Assembly: GCA_049999805.1 (NCBI GenBank)
Contig: JBNGIO010005627.1
Location: 1 to 64,000, forward strand
Reading direction: 5' to 3'
Source: Folioceros fuciformis
Taxonomy: Eukaryota
Length of the DNA: 64,000 nucleotides
Below the pieces are notes generated by a model. The model did not search any database, had not been told where the DNA came from, and worked only from the letters and a program-made list of their open reading frames with translations. The position numbers were made by a program, and so were the translations under genes. How positions within the stretch are numbered: the first letter of the stretch is position 1; every line of letters begins with the position of its first letter. Of the stretch, positions 25,000 through 37,284 are shown in pieces.

Positions 25000-26404
25000 C
25001 TAATACCTGCCTGCAAAAGTCCCGTTTTCCCTCTGCTCGTTCCACTTCTGGACCTGCATGCACGTGGATGGTTTGTTCGCTCGTTAGATAGAAGAAGATT
25101 AAACGGCTGGCTCGCTGGAGCACTTGCCAATCATAAAACATGGACGTACCCATTCATTGGGGCACAATGACCGGTAGTACTTGGCATACTTCTTGCAGTC
25201 ACCAGAATCTTCGCCCTTTTCTGCGATGCATCTGTCCATGCAGAGGAAACCAACATCAGTGGAGTGGACTGGACTGAAACGTGGTTCTTGCATCTGTAGA
25301 ACTGACACATTATTTGCTTTGCTTGCTCCAGTCCCTTCTGCCTTACGCGAGAGAGATGGAGAGAAGAACATACTTGTGATACTCGTTGTATCGTGTGAAG
25401 CAATGCTTGGCCTGGTTTGTGGTCGGGAAGCGAAAATCCATGGGCGCAGTGTTGACGTCGTCCACCTGCAAACGCCAAAGCAGCACGTAGTAGTTGAGTG
25501 TGAGGACCGGCCTTGGTCAGACCACAATTCTCATCCACACAAGCACAGGGCAAGCCTGGTTCACGCAGTGCACCGTTATGCCACTCTTTTTCCCTTTACT
25601 TTTTTCTCCCTTCTCCCCGTCCTTCCCTCCCTCCTTCTCTTTAGGCTTCGCTTCCTTACCCATAGCTGATAAAGCTCCCTTCCCTTCCAATCCAGACCCC
25701 AAACTCCCACTACCGTTCTGTCAACCACAACCCCACCCGCACTGAAGCACACCTTCGTTCATTCATTCATTTTGCACAGCTCTGGAAATGCCTTTGCAAC
25801 TCTTCATAGCCTCGGGGGAATACCCTTTCAAATCAACCAGCCAAGCCCGTAGCTTCCCAAACCTCTGCCCATCCCCCTAAACCTAACTGGACACAATCCC
25901 AACCCAGGCACGAAACCAGGTGTTTTGGACAACCATTTGCCACGACATACCCCACTGACTGTCCCACACACCTCGCAACCACACCAGCCCGACATTTGCC
26001 ATCACTACCAGCTCAATCCCGCAATCCCCACAATTCCCGCACAACCATGCCGAATTCCGGCTCGATCCAGCCACCAGCGCCAGCTAAAAACCGAATCAGC
26101 CATCACGGACCGAGACTTTCAGCGCCTTCTGATCATCCTCATCTGACCCTCCTGCATCGTCGTCCCCTGCAGGCTCCGAAGACTCCTCCGGCTCCTCCTC
26201 AGCCACCTTAACCTCCTGCCACATGGACGCCATCCCACAATCAGCACTTTCTTCGTCACCGCCATCAGTCCAGCTCCCGCCTTCCAACGCCCTAGGGTGC
26301 GACGGTCACCATACCTGCTCCGTTTGCTGGTTCTCCCCGCCCTCTGAGACCTGCTCCTGCTCCTGCTCTTCCTCATGCTGCGCTACCGACACATTGTCTC
26401 CCAT
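25000..26404 (-). CDS. COX6B: Cytochrome c oxidase subunit 6b with acidic N-terminal extension, multi-exon
   Basis: TAPMDFRFPTTNQAKHCFTRYNEYHK|CIAEKGEDSGDCKKYAKYYRSLCPNEW|VQKWNEQRENGTFAGRY*; upstream Glu-rich exons at ~26090-26404. Confidence 0.92.
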
Positions 26405-26663
26405 CGCAGAATCGCTCTCGGTACCAAAACAGCGATCGCACCACAGGCAACTCACAGAAACAACAGCGTTGCCGACAATGCTGCCCGGCACAAACAACAC
26501 ACGCAAAGCGAACCAATTACACACGAAGCAAGCGAAATAGAGGACACCACCCCGGTCGCCGAAGCAGTTAACCATGAGTCGACTCAGGCTTAATATATAC
26601 TGCGCGTCCACCGTGTGCGTCTTCTGCATAGTGTCCTGCGTCTCGGTGGCCTACTGATCAGCC

Positions 26664-28426
26664 ATGGCGGCCACAGCAGGGAGAGGAGGCTGCTGCTGGC
26701 GTGTTCTCATCAGATCGTTGCAAAGTTCTGCGCGATGCGTGGACCGGCCGTCACCTCTACCTGCAGCTGCTAGGGGTTTCCTTGATTCCGCTGTATCCAG
26801 CTCACGGGAGCCCAGGCCTGCCTTTGCACAGGGTCTGCAGGGTCGCGCCTGCATGTATGTCGGTCAGTTGTCTCTTTTGAGCTGGCGTTTCTGCGTCTTT
26901 GTTTGTGGATCCGGACCGTCTGGACGTTGGCTGCTTAGGTTAACGTGATTGAGCTAGTGTCTTTCAGGGAAGCAGTGGCAAGTAGCAGGGAATGGAGTCC
27001 GATGGATGGGAACCGGCCAACTGCCAGGAGGGCAAAGGCCAGTTGGTCGGGAGGAGGAGGAGGAGAATGTCGAAGAGAATGCGGCGGAGAGTGGCACGAG
27101 TACGGCCCTGACTTTGGATGAGGCTTCTTTGCAGTCACAAATCCTGAGTGCACCTCGAAGGAAACGTAGGTTTCTGTTCGAGCAAGCTTTAAAGATCAGG
27201 CCTCCTTCGACGCCAGGATGGAGTCCCAACAGGATGGTGAATGCTACAGCCTGCGTATGGGTGTTTGCTTGAAGCCTGGCTGGGATGCTGTAGTGATTAA
27301 GCAGGAGGGATTGGCGTTGGGACAGTCTGAAGTAACCTTGTTTGGTGTTCCAGGAAATGAAAGTGATTGACGTAAATCGGACCTGCAAGGTTACAAAGGT
27401 GAGTTCGGTTTCTGAACGCGTAAGGGAGCCAGTAGTCTACATGTCTGTGTTGTGAAGCTCAGCTGTCGTGATACAAAACTCAGTTGTTTTGTGTTGTAGA
27501 TGTTGACCTAACTTGAACTGGCGAAACTTGTTGTAGGGTGGTGGGATCATGAACTTCACTGCGTTTGTCATTTGCGGGAACAACAAAGGAGTTGTAGGGT
27601 TTGGCAAAGGCAAGTCTACAGAGGTAGCTTCGGCAGTAGACAAGGTGGGATCTAGAAAGATCTTGATTTGCATCTTGTTTGTGGTTATCGTGCTCCATTT
27701 TGGTGGTGACTCCGTCTCCATGGTTCGTCTAGGCTTATTTGAGAGCTTCCAACAACCTGCACTACTTCGAGAGGTATCATGGCCACACGATACACAGGAA
27801 ACATGATACTAAGTATGGCAAGACCAAGGTATACATACCACTTGGTAGTCTCGAAGAGTAAGAAGTTGGCGGATTGTCTTTGAGAATTCCGAACTAGAAG
27901 CTGAGTGCGAGTGTGTTCGTCTGATGGGACTCGTCTGCTCACGTTTGTGCTCCTTACGCAGATTTACCTGTGGCCAGCCAAACCTGGGACAGGAATGAGG
28001 GCTAGTCACACAGTTGGTGGCATTCTACGGCTGGCAGGGTTCAAGGATGTGAAAACTAAAGTAAGCTAGCTGCACAAACAGTTTTGAAAGCCTGCCACAT
28101 TATTGGATGCGTAATGGCTTCGTAAGGATGTCGACACAATTTTTAAATGACTGGGCTTGTTTTCTACTCAGGTTGTTGGGTCGCGGCATCCTCACAACAC
28201 AGTGAAGGCTGTTTTCAAGGCTCTGAGTGAGGTAAAGAATCAAGTTGAGTGCTGTCGTTTTGGGTCATGCATTTTTTTGCAACTGTCCTAGCACAGACGG
28301 GTGACTAAACGGATTCGCGTGCAGATTGAGGTCCCTGAAGGCGATGGGGGGTTGGAATTGCTGAAAACAGTTAGTGAAGGTCTCCCGCCCCGTAGGTCGT
28401 TTCAGTTCGCAGAACGGCAAGCCTGA
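26664..28426 (+). CDS. RPS5: Mitochondrial ribosomal protein uS5m (S5 family), multi-exon
   Basis: Arg/Ser-rich presequence; MKVIDVNRTCKVTK|GGGIMNFTAFVICGNNKGVVGFGKGK, IYLWPAKPGTGMRA, VVGSRHPHNTVKAVFKAL. Confidence 0.88.
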
Positions 28427-28841
28427 ATGCGTTTCCTGTTTTACTTCTGTTCGACTGTTCATGCCCCTTCGTTTCGCTCCCTGAATCTCAATTTGAGGGG
28501 ACGGCCCGCGTGCTCCAGCAGTGAGACGGGCAGGATTGAGCGTGCAGTGCGGCGCAGGGCGGCGTGTTAATTGTGCTCTCCGTACACAACGTACGCATGC
28601 CTCCTACATCCGAGAGGACCCCATGAAACATCTGTCCAAAACTTTGATATGAGCAACGAGAGAGACACGAAGGTCAAGCAAGAAGCGGGACTTACATCCC
28701 TTGGCTGATCTCTTTCAGTAGGGTTGCGCACCAATGAGGAAGTCCGTCATGTAAGCGATGTAAGTCCTCCTGAAAACAATTATTTACATTGTGTAGCGTT
28801 GAGGTGTTAGATGGCGGTGAAGACATCTAGTTGTGTGCATG

Positions 28842-29241
28842 NNNNNNNNNNNNNNNNNNNNNNNNNNNNNNNNNNNNNNNNNNNNNNNNNNNNNNNNNNN
28901 NNNNNNNNNNNNNNNNNNNNNNNNNNNNNNNNNNNNNNNNNNNNNNNNNNNNNNNNNNNNNNNNNNNNNNNNNNNNNNNNNNNNNNNNNNNNNNNNNNNN
29001 NNNNNNNNNNNNNNNNNNNNNNNNNNNNNNNNNNNNNNNNNNNNNNNNNNNNNNNNNNNNNNNNNNNNNNNNNNNNNNNNNNNNNNNNNNNNNNNNNNNN
29101 NNNNNNNNNNNNNNNNNNNNNNNNNNNNNNNNNNNNNNNNNNNNNNNNNNNNNNNNNNNNNNNNNNNNNNNNNNNNNNNNNNNNNNNNNNNNNNNNNNNN
29201 NNNNNNNNNNNNNNNNNNNNNNNNNNNNNNNNNNNNNNNNN
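28842..29241. other. Assembly gap (400 N)
   Basis: Run of N. Confidence 1.
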
Positions 29242-29829
29242 CCTGGAACAGTGTGCTCGGGGTAATCACACGAGGAGGGGTGGTGGGGATGGTGGGGTCC
29301 TTGCGCCCGCCACCTCCTGAACTTATCTCAACGCAGGTAGGCAGGACTGGGATTTTTGAATTCCCTTAGAGTCTGGAAGAGTTGTCGCTGTTGGCTTGGT
29401 AGACTGTCCCCTCCGGCAGGTAGAGAGAGGCCCTGGCGCAGGTGTGATCCCTTCCCTTATTGAGATCAGGTTTGTTCTCGCCCGGTCATCCTTTGCAATC
29501 TCCTCTGGATCGCGGGAAAAAAAATTATCAGCTACGGTTTTGATGAGAGGCTTGTTTCTTTTTGTTGCAACACACTTCAAGATAGTATTATCTTAGTAAG
29601 GGTTATGGCCTACTTGAGCATATTTGGAATCAATAGAGAATGCAGTCCAAGTGTTAAACGACCATGGGTATTGAAGATTGAAAATTGAAGGAAAAATAAA
29701 ATATTTATATGCACAATATGATGGAATAAATTAGATAATATATGACAATTGGTTTGCATTAGCTTAATTAACCCTCAACCATGGCCGATTCACGATGGAA
29801 TGTGGGTTATCCTCGTGACTCATGAGACA

Positions 29830-29992
29830 CGATCAAATCTTGTAATTAGGGTTATCTCGATCCGATCAAATCTTGTTATCAGGGTTATCTCAACGCGATC
29901 AAATCTTGTTATTAGGGTTATTTTGACGTGATCAAATCTTGTTATTAGGGTTATCTCGAGGCGATCAAATCTTGTTATTAGGGTTATCCTCT
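29830..29992. repeat. 33-bp minisatellite, 5 copies, with a TTAGGGTT-like core
   Basis: Unit cgatcaaatcttgttattagggttatctcgacg; appears as an 11-aa RSNLVIRVIS(T/I) repeat in the spurious ORF 29749-29931. Confidence 0.92.
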
Positions 29993-30629
29993 TGACTTGA
30001 CGCGGTCACTTAGGCTTCTATTAACCCTAAACCCTAAAAAAAAACCTACAAGGGATGCAGGAAGGTATCTTTTCAGACTCGACATGTTGTACTACATCGT
30101 GGGATCCAGAAGGCAACTTCTTATCACCAACAAGAGTCTATCATCGTACTTCTTATCAACAATAAGATTCTATCATGAATTAGATGGAGGTTTGTTCGTT
30201 TCCTTTTGTTCCAAAATTTGGCACGAAAGATGAGTTCCCACCTATGTTTGTTGTTTTGTGACCACTTTTATGACATGAGCTATATATAATTCAGAATGTT
30301 AAAATACTTATAACTAAAATTAATAACCTCTTGAGATGTGAGAATATTTGAGTAGCAGTTTTTCGTACTAGAGGAATATGAATATGGCGTGATCACTTTT
30401 AGTAAAGACAAAGTATACTTAGTTCCCAGCATGAGTGAACTTCGAGGTAGATTGCGTAAGATAAACGAAAACTCGTCGCCGCATGGCATCAGTAATAATA
30501 AAAAAAATTAGAAAGGAACAAAATATATGTAGCGTGAAAAAGCAAACACGAGTTTAGACAATGTTTGTTGAAACTCGACGCAGTGTTGGGAGGAACGCAA
30601 GGGAATCCAGTGATGCTGGGAGGCGGGCA

Positions 30630-32553
30630 GCAGCATAGCATAACATAGCATAGGAAGGGAAGACTTTGCCCTTTTCCTTTTCCTTTTCCTTTTTTTCTTT
30701 TGCCTTTGGCCTTTGCCTTTGCCTTTGGCTTGGGCTTTGGCTGTGGCTTTGTGTGTGTGGCTGTGGACGCGGGGGCGTGCTTTTCCCGGTTCTGCCAGCA
30801 CCACACATGGGAATATTTGCGCACAAAGAAACAGAGAGGGGAGGGGCAGGTACCGGCAGTCACGGGGTTGCACTGGTGCTTGCGAAAACCCGACGGTGCA
30901 AGATCGAGATGCTGCTGCTGCATTAATATGGCGTATGCAGGAATCCGGAGGGCAGCAGCTACAGTGGCCTAGGTAGGTGAACTAGACTAGACTAGACTAG
31001 GCTGGACTGGACTGGACTGGACTAGACTGGAATGGAATGGTGCGTGGTTGATGCATCCGGCAGGGGCAGGGGCAGGGCCAGGGGCAGGGGGCAGGAGCAG
31101 GAGGAACAGGAGCGGGAACAGGAGTATAGGAGCAGGAGCAAGAGTAGGAGCCAGGAACAGGAGCATCGCGAAAGGGAAGCGGGCGGGGAGGACGGGGAGT
31201 CTCGGTCCCGGAACCCTGGGAGCTGGAAGCCGCGCAGAAGCGGGGACTGGTGGAACTGGGAAGAAGTGGTGGTGGCTCGGATAAGGGCGAGCGAGGTGGG
31301 GACGGACAAAATGGGACAAAGCGAGCAACAGCTGGGACGCGGGGAAGAGACGCGGGGATCAGAGCCAGGGCCAGGGCCAGGGCCGGGCGACCAGGGTTGC
31401 AGGAACATGCTTCCTCCCTTCTAGGCCCCTTGACCTCACTGGGCGGGCGTCAGGAGGAGGAAAGGTCTAGATGCTTCTGGCCCCTCGTCGCCATGTTCGT
31501 TCCCCGCGTCCAGTCCGCCGAGGTGCTGAAAAGGCTTCCCTTCCCTGCATTTGTCCTTGCAAGCCCCCTTGCAAGCCCTGCCCTTGCCTCTGATGCCTAC
31601 TGGAGGCCGTGGCCGTGGCTTCCTCCCCCTGCCTGCGACAAACAAAGCAAAGAAAGAGGCCCAGCGTGAAAGGCGCGGGTGCCCTAGACTCTCTCCCTGC
31701 CCTGCACCCTGGGGCTGGGCTGGGCCCGGACCCAGGCCAGGCCAGGCCAGGCCCGGCCCGGCCCGGCCCGGCCCGGCCCGGCCCGGCTAGGCTAGGCTTG
31801 GGCCCGAGTTCCAACCCTATCGGGGGCGGCGCCCCCGCGCGCCATGATGCTGGCTGGATCCACGGCAGATTTAGGCCCAGCGCTGAGACGGAGGGCTGGC
31901 CTCCTTTAAAGATTCCAGAAGCGCATCATGACGCCGGCGAAACGGCGGTGCCAGGCGAGCCCGCCCAGGCCCACCGCGCATTAAATTGAGGCGCCACGGC
32001 GATACGCGGGCGATATACTCTTACTCCCCCCAATAATAACGCACCTCAATTAAGAGGGCGGGCAGACGGGCAGCAGGGCGGCCCACTCGTCATGGGCCCT
32101 CGGGCCCAACGCACAGCACAGAGCTACCTTCTGGTGGGCCCCGCCGCTTTCCGACCCTGTTGTTGGCGGAGGCGTCTCGCGACAGCCGGCCGGCCCGGCC
32201 CGGCCCAGCCCGGCTGTCACACACGGAGCTGCTATGGTTCCATCGTTGTGGCTCTTGGTGCCGCGAGGGGACCATGTCCCCGTCCCCGTCCCCGTCACCC
32301 TGTTCGTCCCAACCCTCCGTTCTGCCGACCGGAGGTCGCCGACCGACAGTCGCCCCATGCCTGGTCGCCGACCGACCCTGCAGGTATGCCGGTTCCGGCT
32401 CGGGGTCGGGGTCGGGGTCGGGTTCGGGGTCGGGCTCGGGCTCGGGCTCGGGCNNNNNNNNNNNNNNNNNNNNNNNNNNNNNNNNNNNNNNNNNNNNNNN
32501 NNNNNNNNNNNNNNNNNNNNNNNNNNNNNNNNNNNNNNNNNNNNNNNNNNNNN

Positions 32554-32601
<48 letters not shown>

Positions 32602-32700
32602 AGATGAGCTCATCACCGGTGGGCTCATGAGCGAGCTGAGATGAGCTGAGGTTGAGGTTGAGCTGAGCTGTGAGCTAAAGCTAAGCTGAGCTGAGCTGAC
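30630..32700. repeat. Dense penta-/hexanucleotide microsatellite field upstream of the LBD gene, including a 100-N gap at 32454-32553 inside (GGGCTC)n
   Basis: (CCTTTT)n/(CCTTTG)n ~30670, (CTAGA)/(CTGGA)n ~30981, (GGCCC)n ~31735-31790, (GGGGTC)/(GGGCTC)n ~32400-32600, (GAGCT)n ~32630-32700. Confidence 0.8.
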
Positions 32701-33129
32701 ACACACAGGTTGAGTCGCGTCCCGTCGCGTCGCACACAAACATACACTGGATCCTCCCACATACTTGGAACCACCGGGTTTTCACGTCCCTTCCGCAAGC
32801 AGCAGCTGTCCTAGAACGCGCGCACCATCGACTCCCTTTCCGCTCCTGTTTCTCGACTCCCCACACGCCGACGAGTCGCGCCATCCTGCCGCTGTCCGTG
32901 TGCGACCGGGACGCGCGCGCGAGGCCGGGCTCTTCAGCCTGGCGCTGCCGCTGTTGCGGAAGCAGGCGCTTCTGGGGAGGAGGAGGAGGTGGAGGAGGTG
33001 GAGGAGGAGGAGGAGGAGGAAGAACAACAGCAACAGCAAGTGCTAGAGCACGAGCACCACAACATCAACGCCAACAGCGGCGAGAGGAAGAAGAGGAGAA
33101 GAAGAAGAAGAAGGAGAGAAGAGAAGAGA

Positions 33130-34819
33130 ATGAGCTGCAACGGCTGCCGAGTGCTGCGCAAGGGTTGTAATGACAACTGCGTGCTGCGGCCGTGCTTGCA
33201 GTGGATCCAGTCCGCGGACGCCCAGGGCAATGCAACCGTGTTTGTGGCCAAGTTCTTCGGGCGCGCGGGCCTCATGGGATTCATCGGCGCCGTGCCTGAG
33301 GATCAGCGGGCTGGTGAGTGCACCTCCCGCATTTCGAATTGGCTGCCGCCTCACCGATGCAATTTTGCATGCTAGTGGTGAGGGAGAGCAGGGGAATTGG
33401 AAAGGGTGTTGGACGGCGTGACAATTTTGCGTGTCTTTGCCTGCAGCTTTGTTCCAGTCCCTCTTGTACGAGGCGTGCGGGAGGACGGTGAATCCGGTGC
33501 ACGGCGCGCTGGGCCTGCTGTGGTCCGGGAAGTGGAGCGCCTGCGAGGCGGCTGTGGAGACGGTACTCAAGGGAGGATCGCTCAAGGCGGCGGCGGTGGC
33601 GGTGGCGGTGACCACTGCTGCGGGAGGAGGCGGCGGCGGCATCGGGGTGGAAGGGAGTGGGAGTTTGGCTCCTGGAGGTGGTGGAGCCGGTGGCTCGTTT
33701 CCGTTCACGTTACCGCGGTACCTGCCTCCGCAGGCTCCGCCGCTGGAGAGAGCCGGAGGCGGCAACGTGAACCCCGGCCTGCGCCTCGGCCTGGGCGTGA
33801 TGCCTGCCATGGCTGCCAGTAGGCCGAGCAGCTGCAGGGCCCGCTCTTCCTTCACCGCACATAACCAGCATTCCGCGCAGTCCCTGTCCCAGTCACAGGA
33901 GGAGGTGCGGCAGCAGGGGCTGGCGCCTGTGCCAGTGCCAGTGCGAACCCCTGCTCACGATATGGACAACGCGTCGGAGATCAGCAGTGCCGGCACTGGC
34001 ACTGGGAGGCTGGTGGTAGAGGAGCGGACCGGAGTCGGAGAGGAGATGAAGCTGCGGGAGATGCTGCTGCGGGGGCAGGGTCAGGGCCATGAGTGGAGCG
34101 CCGGGAGGCCGCGTGCTGTGAACTTGCCGGTAGTAGATGGGGATGGAGAGGGAGACGCCAAGGAGGATGGGGATGCTGGCCGGCGGACTTGGCAGCAATC
34201 GGTGAAGCCCGCATCGGGCCTGGATTCTTCATCCATTCTCTACTCGCTGTGGTGTGGGGTGAATGGCGAGCATTCTGGAAGCCGTGGCCGTGTGATGGAT
34301 ACGAGGGTGAAGCGGGAGCTGGAGGACGATGATGTGAGGATGGGGAATCAGGCCATGTCCGCTCTCGCCAGGAGAGTGCAGCCCAGGCTGGAGTTTTACT
34401 CTAATTCTGCCTCGGCGCATCCAGACCTCCAGAGGCAGCAACGTCCGGCAGCACCAGCGTGGGATCGGTGTGAGATGGATGCGAGGGAGATGGAAGCTAA
34501 GCCGTTGCCTGCTGCTGCAACCGCTGCCTGTGCGGTGGAGCTGAACTTAGCGTTGAACACGTACTCTTTAGGCAAGTCCAAAGAGCAACAACAACAACAG
34601 CAGCAACAGCGAAAGACAAGTCCTGGCCAAGCTGCAGGAGGAGGAGGCGCAGGGAATGCAAGCGGGAGGGTTTCCAGTCCGTCGTGCGGGTCAGTGAATT
34701 CGGAGGGCTCGGTCACAAGCCTGGACAGCTCCAAATCGGCCGTATCTGCGTCTCCATGGACGCTGCAGCTGGCGAGCGCGTTGCAGTCCAACAGGCAGCT
34801 GCTTCCCCTTCTGCGCTAG
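33130..34819 (+). CDS. Class II LOB-domain (LBD) transcription factor, 2 exons (intron 33314-33446)
   Basis: [88 protein letters not shown]-like LNLAL; C-terminal LLPLLR. Confidence 0.95.
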
Positions 34820-37051
34820 GCGAGGTAGCAAAACCGTTTTCACCCATGGATGGCATCACCCCCGTCCCCCAACTCAAGCCAGGCACAAGTTCGGCGAAGA
34901 AACCTTGCTTCGCCAACTTGTTATGATCTCGGACCGAGAGGAGAGCGAGAGAGACACGGGATTGTTACTCTGCACGTTTAGCTTAGGCTCAAGCTGATGG
35001 TATGTCCGGTGGATCTCGTCCGTGACTTGCCACATGCGTTATCCGAGCCCGAGCCCGAGCCCGCTAGTGACAGCTCAAAGAAGCGTCGCATGTGTGACGA
35101 GGAAGTCTTGTCTATCCTCCTAGCTGCCGAGAGGAGCAGTGCACGGTGTGTAGCGACGGGTTCTGCTCCTCCCGACTCCCACTGCTTGCTTGTCCTGCCT
35201 TTCCTATGGCAGAAGCAGGCGCTCAATTTTGCTCGGGTAGTGGAATTTCATTTCCAGTTTCAATGTTATGACAAGTCTCGTCTCCCGATCTGATCGTGAA
35301 GTGTGCCTGTGGCTGTCAGAGGCCTGCTTGAGTGTGCCGGGCCGGGCCCGGGCCTCGCGAGTGCCGTTGGCCATGCCTTGGGGAAGTGATTTTCGAGGTC
35401 CTGCCTGGCGACTCTTACCTGCTGCCGGGGCAGGCTGGTCTTGGCTAGGCTAGGCTGGGCTGAGCTTGGCTAGGCGAGGCTGGGCTGGGCTTGGCTAAGC
35501 TAGTCTAGTCTAGTCTGGTCTCGTTGGAGAAGCAGCCAGCTGCAGGCTCACTGCGCAGCGGCAGTTCAGAGGTTGCAACGGCCCGCGCGTGAGCAGAAGG
35601 GTTCTTCTGTCCTAGGAACCCGCTCACCAGATTTCCGCTCCCGAGGTCGAGGCTGGGCGCCGAGGTCCTGGTCCTGGTCCTGAGAGGGCCGTACGGCACA
35701 GTGACGCTCGTCAGCGTTCTACTACGTTGCTTTTGCAGAGGCAGTGGCAGAGGCAGAGGCAGAGACGGAGGGCAAAAGGTTTGGATGTCGAGACGACGGA
35801 GTCAGTGCAGTGTAGTCCAGTCCAGTCCTGTTCCTGGTCATTCATGAATAAATGTTAAAGGTGTCAGGAGGCGAGCAGGAGAGAGCGGGAGCTGGCACTG
35901 GGCTTCTGGGCTGCCGGCTGTGCGTGATTAACCAAGCCCTGCTCTAATTGCCCTGCGCGCCCCACGCCTTTTTTTCTATTCTTGTTTTCCCTCTCCTTCT
36001 CCTCCGGACCTCCGAGGCTCGAGCCCGCCCCCGAGCCCTAGGGGGGCCCCGGCTGTACGGTCCAGCAACAGCGGCTGCGTGCAGAAGCTGAGCGCACACC
36101 TTCTTATGGCGCCTGTCTCCCAGCCCTGAGGCAGCGGCACGTAGGCCTCGACCTCCTTCCACGCCCGGGACCTCGCTCCTTCCCCTCCAACAACCACCTC
36201 GCCCCCCCTACCCTGCTCCTTCTCCTTCTCCTTCTCTTCTTCTCCTCCTGCTTCTCATTCTTCAAGTTTCCCGCTGCAGTTGCTGTTGCAAAACTGTTGC
36301 CGTTCGTGTACAGAGCTGTAATGTACGAGTACGTGTATCTGCAATGCTGTGCTGCCGCTGCTGCTGCTGCTGCCATGAAATCCATGGGTAGCTGCCCTGC
36401 CCTGTTGCCCGCTTCGCCTTTCCAGGCCACCCCGCCTCGCGGCGGAATCTCGAGCTTCTCCGTCCTGTCCAAAGGTACTACTGTACAGCATACAGCTCTC
36501 TCACACACACGGTCCCCCTTTGTACGCCCGCCTGGACGGGTACCGGTACTGGTACCGTGGGGGCGGATCCGGAACCCACACCCCGGGTGCGGGTGCGGGT
36601 GCGGATGCGGATGCATCGCCATCGCATTATTCTGTACCAGTCTGCATTTTTCTGTTGGGTTTTGGCCCACGGGCCTCCGCCAGCCCTTTACGACTGTGGG
36701 CTGCCAGTGCGCATCACTGTGCAACGCCTGGGCTGCAAACTTCGTTACGTGGATTCAGGAATCCCGCAGATCTGCTGTCCCGAGCCTAAACGAATCTGCT
36801 TGGGATTCCCCTTCAATAGTGGCCGCTAGGAAGCCGCTGTTTCAAACCGGCCCGGCCCATGCCCGCCGGCCTCAGCCCGACCGACATTATAGCTTTTCGT
36901 ACTTGTTCCGTCTCTAAGATTTGGAGTTGAGCTGCAGGATTTTCTCCTCTACACTTGCCGCCCGCTGTCCTTGCTAAGCCTGCCGTGTGTGTCCTTCAAC
37001 TACGCATGTATGTCTGTATGTATGAAAGTACACCCCATGCCCAACTTGCGC

Positions 37052-37108
37052 ACGGAAGGGAACGGAAGGGAACGGAAGGGAACGGAAGGGAACGGAAGGG
37101 AAAAGGGA
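37052..37108. repeat. 10-bp tandem repeat (ACGGAAGGGA)n, about 5 copies
   Basis: cacggaaggg aacggaaggg aacggaaggg aacggaaggg aacggaaggg. Confidence 0.9.
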
Positions 37109-37284
37109 ACAACACAGAAGAGAGGGAAGGAGAAGCTGCATCATCACACACCACACCGACCCAACCTTTAGTACACGCATCGTGCGGTGCACACACACTC
37201 ATTTGCTTCCTCCCCGCTTTGCTTCTTGTATCTATGTACATACATGGCTGCACTGCGCACTTTACAGCAGATTCCATGGATGAA

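Noticed and set aside
28650-28670. miR535-like sequence tgagcaacgagagagacacga
   Set aside because: Needs indels to match, and there is no convincing complementary arm nearby.
28784-29369. ORFs spanning the N gap (also those at 32050-32760 and 45341-45982)
   Set aside because: Artefacts of translating through N runs.
29323-29580. Possible retroelement ORF fragment next to the gap
   Set aside because: No gag, RT, integrase or transposase motif is recognisable, so it cannot be supported.
30987-31989. Several 110-140-aa ORFs (for example 31032-31424)
   Set aside because: Made of microsatellite translations (GRGRAR, PGPARPGPAR) with no domain.
32989-33129. Poly-E/Q/R N-terminal extension of the LBD protein
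   Set aside because: Starts at GTG and consists of GAG/CAG/AAG repeats; class II LBDs normally begin at or near MSCNGC.
35944-36917. Overlapping 206-aa ORFs and a possible miR156/529 locus near 37110
   Set aside because: The ORFs are low-complexity; acagaagagag matches only part of miR156 and has no hairpin partner.
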